The notes beneath the pieces were generated by a model. It ran no database searches and had not been told where the DNA came from. It was given only the letters and a program-made list of their open reading frames with translations. A program made the position numbers and the translations under genes. Below are positions 11,180-24,219 of a DNA stretch of 64,000 nt, piece after piece. The first letter of the stretch is position 1. Each line of letters starts with the position of its first letter. The DNA is from Mustelus asterias (Eukaryota), in the NCBI RefSeq assembly GCF_964213995.1, contig NC_135808.1, forward strand, positions 35,030,001 to 35,094,000. Direction: 5' to 3'.

Positions 11180-11523
11180 CATAGAATAGAATCCCTACAG
11201 TGCAGAAAGAGGCCATTTGGCCCATCGAGTCTGCACCGACCACAATCCCACCCAGGCCCTACCCCCATATCCCTACACATTTACCCGCTAGTCCCTCTAA
11301 CCTACGCATCTCAGGACACTAAGGGGCAATTTTAGCACGGCCAATCAACCTAACCCGCACATCTTTGGACTGTGGGAAGAAACCGGAGCACCCGGAGGAA
11401 ACCCACAAAGACACGAGGTGAATGTGCAAACTCCACACAGACAGTGACCCAAGCCGGAAATCGAACCCAGGTCCCTGGAGCTGTGAAGGAGCAGTGCTAA
11501 CCACTGTGCTACCGTGCCGCCCA
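11180..11523 (-). mobile_element. HE1-type SINE with CR1/HER1-derived 3' tail
   Basis: Complete tRNA head, V-SINE core, and a tail with the GGCC stem-loop and ATTCTATG-like repeat shared with local CR1s. Confidence 0.85.
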
Positions 11524-12304
11524 CATATTCTGAAATGGCTGAGCAAGCTTCTCAGTTCAAGGGCAATTAGGGATGGGCAATAAATGCTGGCCCAGCCAGC
11601 GATGCCTACATACCAAGAATGAAAACAAATACCTCTATCCATCTGCTCCCCTTCCCTATCTCACCTTCCTCCTCAATCTTCTCTATTTCTCTCCCTCTTC
11701 CCCAATTCTCTCACTCCTATCTTCTCATTTTCCAGCAATTGGCAAAAACTCACCATTCATTATTCACTGAGACAGTGGATAGTGCTTCCTTTCTTTATTC
11801 TTTCCAGGACTTCAGCAGAAAAAGTCCTGGTTGACTCTCTAGTGCAGTACGGAGGGGTGGAAGAGATTACAGAGATAGAAAGGGGATGGGGCATGGAGGG
11901 ATTTGAAAACAAGTTCAAAAACCTCACTAAAACTAACACCGAGCTTTCCTGGGAAGAATGGGTTATTCCTCAAGTTTTATTCCTGACGGACTGTTAGAAT
12001 TGTGTCTCAACAATAGAACTTTCATGAGTGAATGAAAGCAGAATGGTTAATCAGCAGTACTGATTGGAGACAATTCCTTAAGATGTCCATTCCAGCTGAT
12101 ACCAGGGAATTTACCACCTTTCACAGCTTCAGGAACCCAGACACAAAGACAACACTGACACCTGCAGCTTGAACTCATCACCACTTTAAATCAAATCAGA
12201 CTTTCATGCTGCCAGTTTACAGGGGGAAAGCATTCTGTGCACAGCCTCGGGATTTAATCCATTAGAAACTGAATCTAATACAACAGAAATATTATGTTAT
12301 TGTC

Positions 12305-12746
12305 AGCTGTGGCTTCGTTAGCACTCACATTCGTCACTGAGTCAGAAATTATGGGTTCAAGTCTCACTCCAGAGACCTGAGCAATGAGCCTGACACTTTG
12401 GTGCAGTACTGAGGGAGTACTGCACTGTCAGAGGTACAATATTTCAGATGAGTTAAACCAAGGCCCCATCTGCCCTCTCAGGTGAATATAAAAGATTCCA
12501 TGACTCTGCATTGCATAAAAACAGGGGAGTTATCTCTGATGTCTTGGTCAATATGGATCCTGCAAACAAACTATCTGGTCATTATCACATTGCTGTTTAT
12601 GGGAGCTTGCTGTGCAACAATTGGCTGTCATGTTTCCTCCGTTACAACACTTGTCACACTTCAAAAAGCACATCATTGGCTGCAAAGTGCTTTCAGATGC
12701 CTTGTGTTTGTGAAAGATCATATTTAAATACAAGTCTTTCTTTCTC
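12305..12746 (+). mobile_element. Deu-domain SINE (SacSINE1-like)
   Basis: tRNA-like head (GGTTCAAGTC), central GTGCAGTACTGAGGGAGT and CACATTGCTGTTTATGGGAGCTTGCTGTGC blocks. Fragments also at ~9660-9860, ~21620-21735 and ~49105-49190. Confidence 0.7.
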
Positions 12747-12749
12747 AGG

Positions 12750-13862
12750 GAAATGTTCTGCTTCCTGTGAACTGGAAATTCTAAACCCATTGATGGAGAA
12801 AGAATACCAGCCCACAGTGACAGTGACCAATATATTGTATACAGGACTCTTATGGTAGGCTCCTGAGAGTTTCAGTGAATGACAAATCAGGTAGTTTGAG
12901 TGAAAGTGAATTTGTGAGTTATAAATCTATGCAGAAGATTGCTAAAACAATCAACAACATAATATTCAGCTTATTTCAAACTTTGAATCAACCAAAATAA
13001 CAAAGCATTTGTAAATGATTCAAGACTTTTCCCAGAACATGAAATGTATAAGATGAAGAGACTGTTTTCCAGTGGTCTAGACCACCTTCCCAGCCACGGA
13101 AAATATCCTTTCTGCATCTACCCTGTCAAACACATAGGAATTCTGTATGTTTGAATATCATCTCATTTTTCTAAACTCCACAGAATGAAGGCCCTGTCTA
13201 TTGAATCTTTCTAATCTAATCTGATTTATTTACTTCACACACCCACTGCCTCACTATACTCAGGATAGTAGCCTCCCAGACAGAGAGTACTAACATTACC
13301 CATGGTATGAGTCAAACACCTGTCACCTGGAAAGGATCTGGGTTAAGCTAAAAAGTGAATTTATTGTGGGTTATAAATCAATACAGAAGATTGATAAAAC
13401 AGCAAACAAACAACAGAATATTCAGCTTATACCAAAGTTCAAATCAACCAAAATAACAAAGCATTTGAAAATGACTCGAGGTCTTTCCCAGAACAAGAAA
13501 TGAATCTTAAAAGAGTGTAAGGTGAACGTATCACACCATTATTACATCGTGGTATGATGGGCTGAGGGAACTCAGGTCTGTAGAGACTCACCCCCACTCC
13601 CTCACCATACTCAGGATAGTAGTCCTCCCAGACAGGAGAGTACAAACATTACACCTGGAATCAGTCAAATGCCCATCACCTGAAGAGGGTCTGTCTATAA
13701 CTCACATCACCAACTAAAGCAGGGTCTGATCCTACCCCATACCTATTCCTGAGAGCTGGCTCACTTTACTAACACACACACACTCACATCAGGGAAAATT
13801 CTCTCAGAATACTACAGACAGAAGTTTCTTTAAAATCCCTGTGCTTTAGTCTGGCTCCCAAT
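12750..13862 (-). repeat. ZNF 3' flank module: X block followed by two tandem Y blocks
   Basis: X 12750-12880 matches 21738-21865. Y blocks 12880-13330 and 13340-13862 match 21880-22287 and 59130-59650. Confidence 0.85.
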
Positions 13863-13989
13863 TCTGACGATGAGAAATTACACTAAACTTTAGTGACTCA
13901 GGATGTCACGAGAACTTGACGAACATGAGGCTGAAATATGCGACCCCCTGGAACAAAAACGATCAGCCTTCATGGTCTGTCCCCAGTGC

Positions 13990-14341
13990 CTGTGGTAGAA
14001 TCCATGGGTGAGTCACCATCGATGGGAGAGCTGCAACAAACAATCAAATAGATGAAAAACAACAAAGCATGTGGCCCCGATGGTATTCCAGCTGAGGGCT
14101 TCAAAGCTGGTGGACTTCTGCTCACATCAAGACTCCATGAATTCACCCTACACATTTGGGAGGACAAAGTACTCCCCCCGACTTCAGGAATGTGACAATT
14201 GTAACCATCTTCAAGAAGGGAATTAAATCTTGCCGTGGAAACTATTGAGGTATTTCCCTCTTGTCCAGAGGAAACTCCTGGCACATGTTCTCCGAATCAC
14301 CTACTTCCTGTGGCTGACGAAATCCTCCCAGAGACACAGTG
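13990..14341 (+). mobile_element. RTE-clade LINE RT fragment
   Basis: Translates (with stops and frameshifts) to MKNNKACGPDGIPAE...VTIFKKG...GNY*GISLL...ILPETQ. Confidence 0.75.
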
Positions 14342-15418
14342 ACAGTTGTGAATAAGCAGCAGACATATTGATGTTTTCTTTTGGTGATGTTTAGTGATCT
14401 GGTCAAAGGTTAAATTAACCTTGAAATGATTGGACTGATTGTGAGAGAGGTTGGAGACAGACACTGCTGAGACAGACAGTGCTTTGGAAGGACAGCTCCC
14501 CTGTGTGAGCACTGGAGGGTAAACAACGCAGACAACTCTGTGCAGGGGAAGCAGGTGAACTGGTTCCTAGTCTGTGGCGATGTCTGTGTTGGTGAGAGAG
14601 GTGGAATAGGTGAAACAATCCTGGCACATGACGCATTGGAAATATTTGTCTCCCATGTGGGTTCACTGATGCTCCAAGAGGTCTTTATTACAGAACTCAC
14701 ACCAATAGGCTTTCTCCTCTGTGGAAGTACATTTATGGTCCAAGTGATATGTTGTGTAAAAACCTTCTCACACATGCACATCTGAATTATTTCTCTACTG
14801 TGTGGATCCACTGGTGCTTCACGAGAATGGAAGAGTTTTGTCACAAACATTTTACCTGAACAGTTCTACCCTAGTCTGAATCTGCTGTTGTATATGAAGG
14901 GTCGAAGACATCATGAAAGCTTTATTGCAAACCTCACACTGGGGTGCCTCCCCAGTGTGGCACGTCTGATGGAGCCAGAGGCATGATGACTTTGTGAAAG
15001 CTTTGTTACACACCTCATTAGTTGGTGTAAATGAAGGGCTGCTGACTCTGAAAAAGCCCCTCGCATGTGAATGGTTTCTCCACTGTTCGAATGCACTGGT
15101 GATTCAACAGGGCCACTGATAGTCCAAAATCCTGGTAACAAACCTCACACTTGAGTGGCTTCTCCCCGTGAATGTGTCCATGATTTAAAAGTGTCACTGA
15201 ATGTATGAAGCTTGATCACACACCTCACATTTGAAGGGCTTTTGGTCCCTATGGATCCTCTAGTTGTCTTGTGCAACAGGAGTTCAGAGGATTGGGGGAA
15301 AACCATCTGACAAGCCTCACGCCTAAACGACCTCACCCCAGTATGAATGTGTCAGTGTTTCACAAGCATCGATAACTGGCAAGGCTTGGTCTCTCATACA
15401 CACTTCACATTTGAAGGG

Positions 15419-16711
15419 TTACTCCCCTGTGTGGATCCTCTGATGGAGCAGGAGGTACGATGACCTCGAGAAGGACTTGTCGCATACCTTGCACATGAAG
15501 AGCTTCTCTCCAGTGTGGATTCGTTGATGGGCATGGAGATTCCATGACTCTGAGAATGATTGGTTGCACACCTCGCATGCAAATGGCTTCTGCCCAGTGT
15601 GTTTGTGTCGGTGTGTGCGGAGGGCTGATGCCCACGAGAATGATTTGTCACACAACTTGCACGTGAATGGTTTCTCCCCAGTGTGAATGCGTTGGTGGAC
15701 GCGGAGGGTCGATGACTCCGAGAATGATTTGTCACACACCTCACACATGAATGGTTTCTCTCCTGTGTGAGTTCTCTGGTGTCTCAGGAGGGCCGAAGAC
15801 TTCACAAAAGCTTTATCGCAAAACTCACACCTGAAGGGTTTCTCCCCCGTGTGAATGCTCTGATGTCGCATGAGATCAAAGGAGTGGGTGAAAGCCATTT
15901 CACAAACATCACACTTGAAGGGCTTCTCCCCTGTATGAATCCTCTGGTGCACCAGGAGGTTGGAAGATGTCACAAAAACTTTATCACAAATCTCACACTT
16001 GAATGGTTTCGTCCCTGTGTGGATCCTCTGGTGCGTCAAGAGATCGGAGGAGCGGGAGAAAGCTGCCTCACATACCTCACACCGGAATGGTTTCTCCCCT
16101 GTGTGAATCCTCTGGTGTACCAGAAGGGTCGAAGACTTCGCAAAAGCTTTATTGCAAATCTCACACTTGAATGCTCGCTCCCCTGTGTGAATACGTTGGT
16201 GGCTGGTAAGTGTCAATGAGTCTAAGAACGATTTATCACACACCTCACATGCGAATGATTTCTCACTGGTGTGAAGGTGTTGGTGTGTGCGGAGGTTCGA
16301 TGACTGCGAGAATGATTTGTTGCACACTTTGCACATGAATGGTTTTACGCCAGTGTGGATCCGTCGGTGTACATGGAGGTTCGATGAGTTTGAGAATGAT
16401 TTGTCGCACACCTCGCACGTGAATGCTTTCTCCCCTCTGTGGATGCATTGGTGGACACGGAGGGATGAGGAATGCATGAATAATTTGTTGCACATCACAC
16501 AAGTGAACGGTTTCTCCCCTGTATGAATGCGCTGATGTTCAAGGAAGGATGATGACTGCAAGAATGCTTTGTCACACACCCCACATGTGAATGGTTTCTT
16601 CCCAGTGTGAATGTGTTGGTGCATGCGGAGGTTTGATGACTTTGAGAATGATTTATTGCACACCTCACATTTGAACGGTTTCTCCCCAATGTGAACAAGT
16701 TGGTGATTCAT
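15419..16711 (-). CDS. Tandem C2H2 zinc-finger protein B (15 fingers)
   Basis: 15 canonical fingers. Stop TAA lies inside the linker (TGE*PFKC). Acceptor at 17204-17203. Confidence 0.92.
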   Translation of the reverse strand: MNHQLVHIGEKPFKCEVCNKSFSKSSNLRMHQHIHTGKKPFTCGVCDKAFLQSSSFLEHQRIHTGEKPFTCVMCNKLFMHSSSLRVHQCIHRGEKAFTCEVCDKSFSNSSNLHVHRRIHTGVKPFMCKVCNKSFSQSSNLRTHQHLHTSEKSFACEVCDKSFLDSLTLTSHQRIHTGERAFKCEICNKAFAKSSTLLVHQRIHTGEKPFRCEVCEAAFSRSSDLLTHQRIHTGTKPFKCEICDKVFVTSSNLLVHQRIHTGEKPFKCDVCEMAFTHSFDLMRHQSIHTGEKPFRCEFCDKAFVKSSALLRHQRTHTGEKPFMCEVCDKSFSESSTLRVHQRIHTGEKPFTCKLCDKSFSWASALRTHRHKHTGQKPFACEVCNQSFSESWNLHAHQRIHTGEKLFMCKVCDKSFSRSSYLLLHQRIHTGE

Positions 16712-17536
16712 GGCTTCTCTGCCATGTGATTGTCCTTGAATTAACAGTTATACGACAGATGCACCTTATGTGTTAGGAGATTTGTGAGGCTGTGGAGTCC
16801 TTACACAGCTCACACACAAACAGCCTCTCACCAGTAGAAATGAGTCCGTGGTTCATGAAGCTCAATGAATGATTAAAGCTCTCACAACACTTGGAGTTCA
16901 CTCACACTTCTTCCCAGCCTCACTCTGACCGATCACCCACAGCTGAACCTTCAGAAAGGTTGGTTCTGATGGAAGGTTCCTCGCCACTGACCAGTTTCAG
17001 ATCTGATGATATGTCAAAGCTCCCCTGACCTGATCAATTTCCAGATGGTGGTTTCACTGCCCAGCCTTCTCTGTGTTCAGCAATACTGTGAAGGGACTGG
17101 ATGTCTTCCCACAGTTGTGCAGTTCTTCCTTGGGTGATGGTCAGGATCTGTCTGCGAAGTTTATTTTCTCTGTATTCTCTGGTGTAGTGCAGTGCAATCC
17201 TTCTGTAAAACAGGAAAAGGAAACATGATTTCCCCCAACTCCCTCTCCTCCTTTGCTGAAGGAGATAACACTCCAAATCCCAGTTGAGGCTTCTGGAAAA
17301 GGCCGATGACTTTTAAATTAGTCATTCACAGACAATAATTGTGTCTCCAGATCTTGGAGCTGAATTGTTGTGGTGCTGGATTAACAATCCAGAGACTGAG
17401 AGTTCAAATCCAACCACAGAAAGTTACATACATAGAATTACAGGCCATTCAGCCCAGTTGATCCATGCCAGTGCTTATTTTCCACATGAGCCTCCACTCA
17501 CCCCTCTTCATCACATCCTATCAGCAAATCCTCCCA

Positions 17537-18192
17537 TAAAAGCAAAACACTGCAGATGCTGGAAATCTAAAACAAAAACAGAAAAACACTGAAAAAACTC
17601 AGCAGGTCTGGGAGCATCTGTGGAGACAGAACCATTAACGTTCTGAATTTGTATGACTCTTATTCAGAGCTAAAGAGAGGGAGGAATGTGATGTGATTTG
17701 ATACGATCTAAGGTGGAGCAAAGTAGAAGATCAGTGATGGTGGGAGCTAGAAATGATTACAATAAAGATGTGTAGGGCACAAGACAGAGGCAGTGTTAAT
17801 GGCAGTGTGAAGGACATGGGGAGTTGCTGATAGTGGCATGAAGGTAAATAGCAGAATGTGGTCATAGGAGAAGAAAGGTCAGTGCTCAGTGAAAACAAAA
17901 CTTACGAACAAGTGACAGATGGCCCAGTGAGGGGTGGGGGCTGGACTGAGAGAAAAAAATGATGTAATAAAAAGGGGTCAAAATGGCAGAGAAAGATCAC
18001 AGTCTAAATTGTTGAATATTGAGTCCTCAGGGCTGTGACATGCCTAATTGGAAATTGAGGTGCGGCTTCTCCAGTTTGCGTTGAGCTTCACAGGAACATT
18101 GCAGCAGGCCAAGGACTCAAAACGTTAACTCTTTTTCTCTCTCCACAGACCTTGCCAGACCTGCTGAGATTTTCTGGTATTTCTGTGTTTTT
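17537..18192 (-). mobile_element. Penelope-like element remnant with inverted pseudo-LTR
   Basis: Inverted terminal segments (CTCAGCAGGTCTGG / CCAGACCTGCTGAG). The minus strand encodes a GIY-YIG C-terminal remnant AQRKLEKPHLNFQLG...GLNI. Confidence 0.7.
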
Positions 18193-18464
18193 CTTTTGGC
18201 ATTCTTTTCTCCTTCATGTGCTTATCTTGTTTCCCCTTAAAGGCATCTATGATATTTGCCTCAACTACTCCATGTTGTGAAAGTGAATTTAATAAAATTT
18301 TTAAATTTGTAGATTGGTATCAAAACAAATAATTATCTGCGCCACCATCACACCATCCAGTAACATTACTTCACAAGAATGTTCTTTCTCACTTGATATT
18401 CGACCTGAACATTAGTGTGGATATTATGCAATATAATTATTATAAATTCTGCTCCTTCACTCAC

Positions 18465-18910
18465 CATCTCCTCACTTGGTTTTCAGTCCCTACAGGAAGT
18501 GAAGCAGCTGTGAAAGAGGAAGAGGAGAGAATGGGCAGAGTGGGTGGGCTCTCTGATTGACGTCTCTCACAGCCAATCCTAATATTTCTGGACTAACATG
18601 AGTTTCCTGAAGCTTGGGAAACTGACCGGTGAAACGGAGGCGACTTTGAGCAGCAGATCAGGGGGGATTTAAACTTGTCATTGTCCCATCTGAATAAAAC
18701 TTCACTTATTGCAGCTGCTGTCTCAGTTCCCCCGGTAAATGTTTGACAGAGATTTCTAGTGTGGGAATCGCATTCTTCATCCTCGGAGGCTTTCAAACTG
18801 ACATCAATGTGGGATGTGTAACCTCGGATGTGTTTGAAAGCAGATCAGAAGAGGAAGACCCACAGTATCCAAGGCAGTGATGATGTGCAGTGGTGGGATT
18901 AGCACATGGA
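18465..18910 (-). promoter_or_regulatory. Putative promoter and short first exon of ZNF B
   Basis: Paralogue of 10336-10790 with the same ATG|GTGAGT donor and CCAAT/CRE/ETS motifs. Confidence 0.6.
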
Positions 18911-19035
18911 CATGCTCCTCTGCTCTCTTTTCCTCCACCTATTATCTCTCCTCCTCTCCCACCCACCTCTCATCCTTCTCTTTCCTCCTATCTTTCCTCC
19001 CCCATTTCTCTCTTTCCCAGCTTTCTCATCCTTCA

Positions 19036-21199
19036 TAAGAACATAAGAAATAGAAGCAGGAGTAGGCCATCTAGCCCCTCAAGCCTGCCCCGCCATTCAA
19101 TAAGATCATGGCTGATCTGAAGTGGATCAGTTCCACTTACCCGCCAGATCCCCATAACCCCTAATTCCCTTACCGATCAGGAATCCATCTATCCGTGATT
19201 TAAACATATTCAACGAGGTAGCCTCCACCCACTTCAGTGGCAGAGAATTCCAGATATTCACCACCCTCTGAGAAGAAGTTCCTCCTCAACTCTGTCCTAA
19301 ACTGACCCCCTTTTATTTTGAGGCTGTGCCCTCTAGTTCTAGCTTCCTTTCTAAGTGGAAAGAATCTCTCCACCTCTACCCTATCCAGCCCCTTCATTAT
19401 CTTATAGGTCTCTATAAGATCCCCCCTCAGCCTTCTAAATTCCAACGAGTACAAACCCAATCTGCTCAGTCTCTCCTCATAATCAACACCCCTCATCTCT
19501 GGTATCAACCTGGTGAACCTTCTCTGCACTCCCTCCAAGGCCAATATATCCTTCTGCAAATCAAGGGACCAATACTGCACACAGTATTCCAGCTGCGGCT
19601 TCACCAATGCCCTGTACAGATGCAGCAAGACATCTCTGCTTTTATATTCTATCCCCCTTGCGATATCGGCCAACATCCCATTTGCCTTCTTGATCACCTG
19701 TTGCACCTGCAGACTGGGTTTTTGCATCTCATGCACAAGGACCCCCAGGTCCCTTTGCACAGTAGCATGTTGTAATTTTTTTCCATTTAGATAATAATCC
19801 AATTTGCTATTATTTCCTCCAAAGTGAATAACCTCGCATTTGTCAACGTTATACTCCACCTGCCAAATCCTCGCCCACTCACTCAGCCTGTCCAAATCTC
19901 TCTGCAGACCTTCTACGCCCTCCACACGATTCACTTTTCCACTTATCTTTGTGTCGTCTGCAAACTTTGTTGCCCTACACTCAGTCCCCTCCTCCAGATC
20001 GTCTATATAAATGGTAAATAGTTGAGGCCCCAGTACCGATCCCTGCGGCACGCCACTAGTTACCATCTGCCAACCAGAAAAGCACCCATTTATTCCGACT
20101 CTCTGCTTCCTGTCGGATAGCCAATCCCCAATCCGCACTAACACCCTACCCCCAACTCCGTGTGGCCCAATCTTCTTCAGCAACCTTTTGTGAGGCACCT
20201 TATCAAACGCCTTTTGGAAATCCAAAAATACCGCATCCACCGGTTCCCCTCCGTCAACCGCACTAGTCACATCTTCATAAAAATCCAACAAGATCGTCAA
20301 GCACGACTTTCCCCTCATGAATCCATGCTGCATCTGCTTAATGGAACCATTCTTATCCAGATGGCCCGCTATTTCTTCTTTAATGATGGATTCCAGCATT
20401 TTCCCAACTACAGACATTAAGCTAACCGGCCTGTAGTTACCCGCCTTTTGTCTATTTCCTTTTTTAAACAGCGGCGTAACATTAGCCGTTTTCCAATCTG
20501 CCGGCACTACCCCAGAATCCAACAAATTTTGATAAATAACCACTAACACATCCGCTATTACCTCTGACATTTCTTTCAGTACCCTGGGATGCATTCCATC
20601 CGGGCCCGGGGACTTGTCCACCTTCAGTCCCGTTAGTCTACCAAGCACTGCCTCCCTGGTAACATTAATTGTATTGAGTACCTCACCTCCTACCAACCCT
20701 CTATCGTTAATATTCGGTAAACTATTTGTGTCTTCCACCGTGAAGACCGATACAAAAAACTTATTTAAAGTTTCAGCCATTTCCTCATTTCCCACTATTA
20801 AATCCCCCCTCTCGTCCTCCAAGGGTCCAACATTCACTCTTGCCACTCTATTCCTTTTTATATATTTGTAAAAGCTTTTACTATCATTTTTTATATTTAG
20901 AGCTAGCCTAGCTTCATAACCTATCTTTCCTTTCTTTATCGCTTTCTTAGTCGTTCTTTGTTGTTTCTTAACGTTTTCCCAATCTTCCGATTCTCCACTA
21001 TTTTTGGTCACTCCGTACACATCGGTCTTTAATTTAATACTCTCCTTAATTTCCTTCGTTATCCACGGCTGGTTATCCCTTTTCTTACAGTCCTTCTTTA
21101 TCACCGAAATATATTGTTGCTGAGTACTGAAAAGGATCTCCTTAAAAATCCTCCACTGTTCCTCAGCTGTCCTACTTACCAGTCTGCTCTCCCAGTCCA
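19036..21199 (-). mobile_element. 5'-truncated CR1 LINE, (TTCTTATG)n tail subfamily
   Basis: 669-aa ORF2 fragment with FADD. TSD CCTTCA at 19030-19035 and 21200-21205. Confidence 0.92.
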
Positions 21200-21737
21200 C
21201 CTTCAGCAACCAACACTCTCATTATTCCCATCTGGGGCCATGATCATTTTGGAGGATGGTATCAGCTTCCTGGACAATGTCGAATTAACTAGTGTTAAAG
21301 ATCACAGAAGTCCAATTTACATTTAAGGACATTAAAATTTCTGATCTGGTCAATTTCAGCCTGATTACATTGATAAAACTAAGACAGACCAGTGTAAAGT
21401 CTCGGCCTTAAGCTGTGCACTTGCGATTGTTGCATATTTGTCAAGGGGTTTAACAAAAGCAAACATTTTTGAAAGTAGTCTGTGACAAACTGAAGCAGTT
21501 TTATTTAAGGGCAGCACATTGTGATCTGATTGACTTCATGATCAATGCAGTGTGTAAACATCTACAGGATAATTTTTTCACTCATATTATCCATCTGGAC
21601 TTGGACCCACAACCTTTTTCTTTGAAACAGAGGGTTATGGGTTCAAGTCCCACTCCAGAGCCTTGGGCACAGAAGCTGTCACATTGCTGTTTGTGGGAGA
21701 AGATAATATAAATATATACGTTTTTCTTTCTTTGCAA

Positions 21738-22287
21738 AATGTTATGCTTCCTGTGAACTGAAATTATAAACCCATTGATTGAGAAAGTATACCAGCCCAC
21801 AGTGACAGTGACCAATATATTGTGTACAGGACTCTTGCTGTACGCTCCTGTGTGTTTCAGTGAATAGGAACACACCATATTGACAAATCAGTTTAGTTAT
21901 ATAAGAAAAAATACATTTATTATAAGTTTCAGTTGACACCAAACTTTAAATCAAGCAAAATAAAAAAAATTTGAAAGTGATTCAAGATCTTTTCCAGAAC
22001 AAGAAATGAATCTTGGAAGAGTGTAAAGTGAACATATCACACCGTTATTACATCGAGGTATGATGGGTTGAGGGAACTCAGGTCTGTGGAGACTCACCCT
22101 CACTTCCTCACCATTCTCAGGAAAGTAGTCCTCCCAGACAGGAGAGTACAAACATTACCCATGGTATTAGTCAAACACTCATCACCTGAAGAGGATCTAT
22201 CTATAATTCACATCACCAACTAAAGCAGGGTCCGATTCTACCCCATACCCACTGACTCACTTTACTAACACACACAGTCACATCAGT
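21738..22287 (-). repeat. ZNF 3' flank module (X + Y) with no adjacent ZNF gene
   Basis: Paralogue of 12750-13790. Truncated at 22287, where LTR-retrotransposon-like sequence begins. Confidence 0.85.
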
Positions 22288-24219
22288 CAAGGGAAATCTA
22301 CACTGCCAGATAAATGTAGACCAAGGCAAGGGTCAAACCAGTCGCAAAATTGGATGTCATGGGAGAATTATTTTTTTTAGATTGCAGAAGGACACCAGGA
22401 TTAAGTAAAATATCAGAAGAGTTTATTTATTTTTATTCTTGTTTGGGGCAATCGCTGATGAAGTAATCCAAATGGAAGGCACCAAGGAATCCACAGCTAG
22501 CTTCAATGAAATATTAAATGCCTTTGATAAACATTTTAAACTCCAAGTCGTGGAGAGTACCGATCTTTGAAACAAAAGGTAAGGAATACCAATAAGTAAG
22601 TCCCAAAAGAACAAGAAGACACAGGACATGGGAGACAGGAGACTGTAAGCAATTGAGACAATACCCAAGGAAACTACAAGATGGTGACAGAACATGAGGT
22701 AGAATTATACGACCTCTCTCTTGCCAGCGGGATTTTCCATTCCCGCTGAAATAAATGGAGCTTTGAATGGCTCATTGCATTTTACGGCCCTGTCACTGAT
22801 GCAACAGAACTGTACAATTCCATCCCATTATCACCACAATGAACTGCAGGACCCAAAGAGTTCCCTTAAGAACGAGAGTTTAAGAATAGCAACTTCTGAA
22901 AATGTTGGCATTTTAACCAAACCAGAACAGCAGGTGGCAGTGTGGAGTGAGCAGCTGGCTGAGAATGATTGAAATCTGTCTTCAGCTTTTCTTTATTCAT
23001 TGGATGTGGGCATTACTGGCTGGAGCAGCATTTGTTGCCCATCACTAATTGCTCTTGAGAGTTGAGTGGCATTCAAGAATCAACTACATTGCTATGGATC
23101 TGGATCTTACCAGACCAGGTAAGGTTGGCAGATTTCCTTTGCTCAAGGACCAGATAGATTGTTGCAACCATCATCAACGCTTTCATGGTCATCATTAGAC
23201 TTTCAATTCCAGATTTAATTGAATTCAAATTTCACCACCTGCTGTGTTGTGATTTGAACCCAAATCGCCAGAACATTATCATGAGTCTCTTGATTGCTAA
23301 TCTAGTAACAGTACCACTACGCTACCACCATCTCCACAAAAGAAACAAAACCTGTTAAAATAAAATGAAACTATTCCACGGGAAGATGTTCATATCAAAG
23401 CTTAGTTGGAAGAACTCAACTTGAAGTACAGCCAGGCATGACAGCAAAAGGAAAATATTACCTTGAAAGACTCTGGAGAATCAGTCCGTACCCCTGGAAA
23501 AAAATTAGTTAACAAAAAGATGTTGAATACTACTTCAGAAAAAAAACTGCATTGGGATTATCAGAAACTCAAAGCAATGCATTGAAGCACAATGTGAGCT
23601 GGCAAGAGGTCAACAAGAAAATAAACAGTTAATTAACAATTAATTGTCCTTCAAAGTCAAGTGCAAAATAAATACACAGTCCTTCAGCAGCATGAAAAAT
23701 TGAAGACTCCCTGGGTCTTTTTCAGAGTGGCAGGCAGTGACTAATGGGACTAGTGGGATCTCGCAGGGATGAGTGCCTGTCAGCTATTCAAAATATATAT
23801 CAATGGTTTGGATGAAGGAACCAAATGTAATATTTCCAAGTTTGCTGACAACACAAAACTTGGTGGGATTGCGACAGGTGAGGAGGATGTCAAGAGGCTT
23901 CAATGTGACTGAGGCATGTTGAATGAATGGGCAGATATAGATGTAGTATAACATGGATAAATGTGCAATTATCCACCTCGGTAAGAAAAACAGATAGATT
24001 GGGAAATGTTGACATACAAAGGGATCTGGATGTCCTGGAACACCAGTCACTGAAAGCAAGCCTGCAAGCTGTTCGGAAGGCAAATGAGGACTGGAGTACA
24101 AGAGTAAGGATGCCTTACTGCAGCTGTACAGGGCATTGGTGAGGCCATACCTGGAGTACTGTGTGCAGTTTTAGTCTCCTTATCTAAGAAAGGATATACT
24201 TTCCTTTCGAACTTTCCTT

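Noticed and set aside
13439-13645. Recurrent ORF MYSPVWEDY... (also 21951-22151)
   Set aside because: TTG start, the third copy near 59390 has an in-frame TAG, and the copies differ by indels. Treated as a non-coding module.
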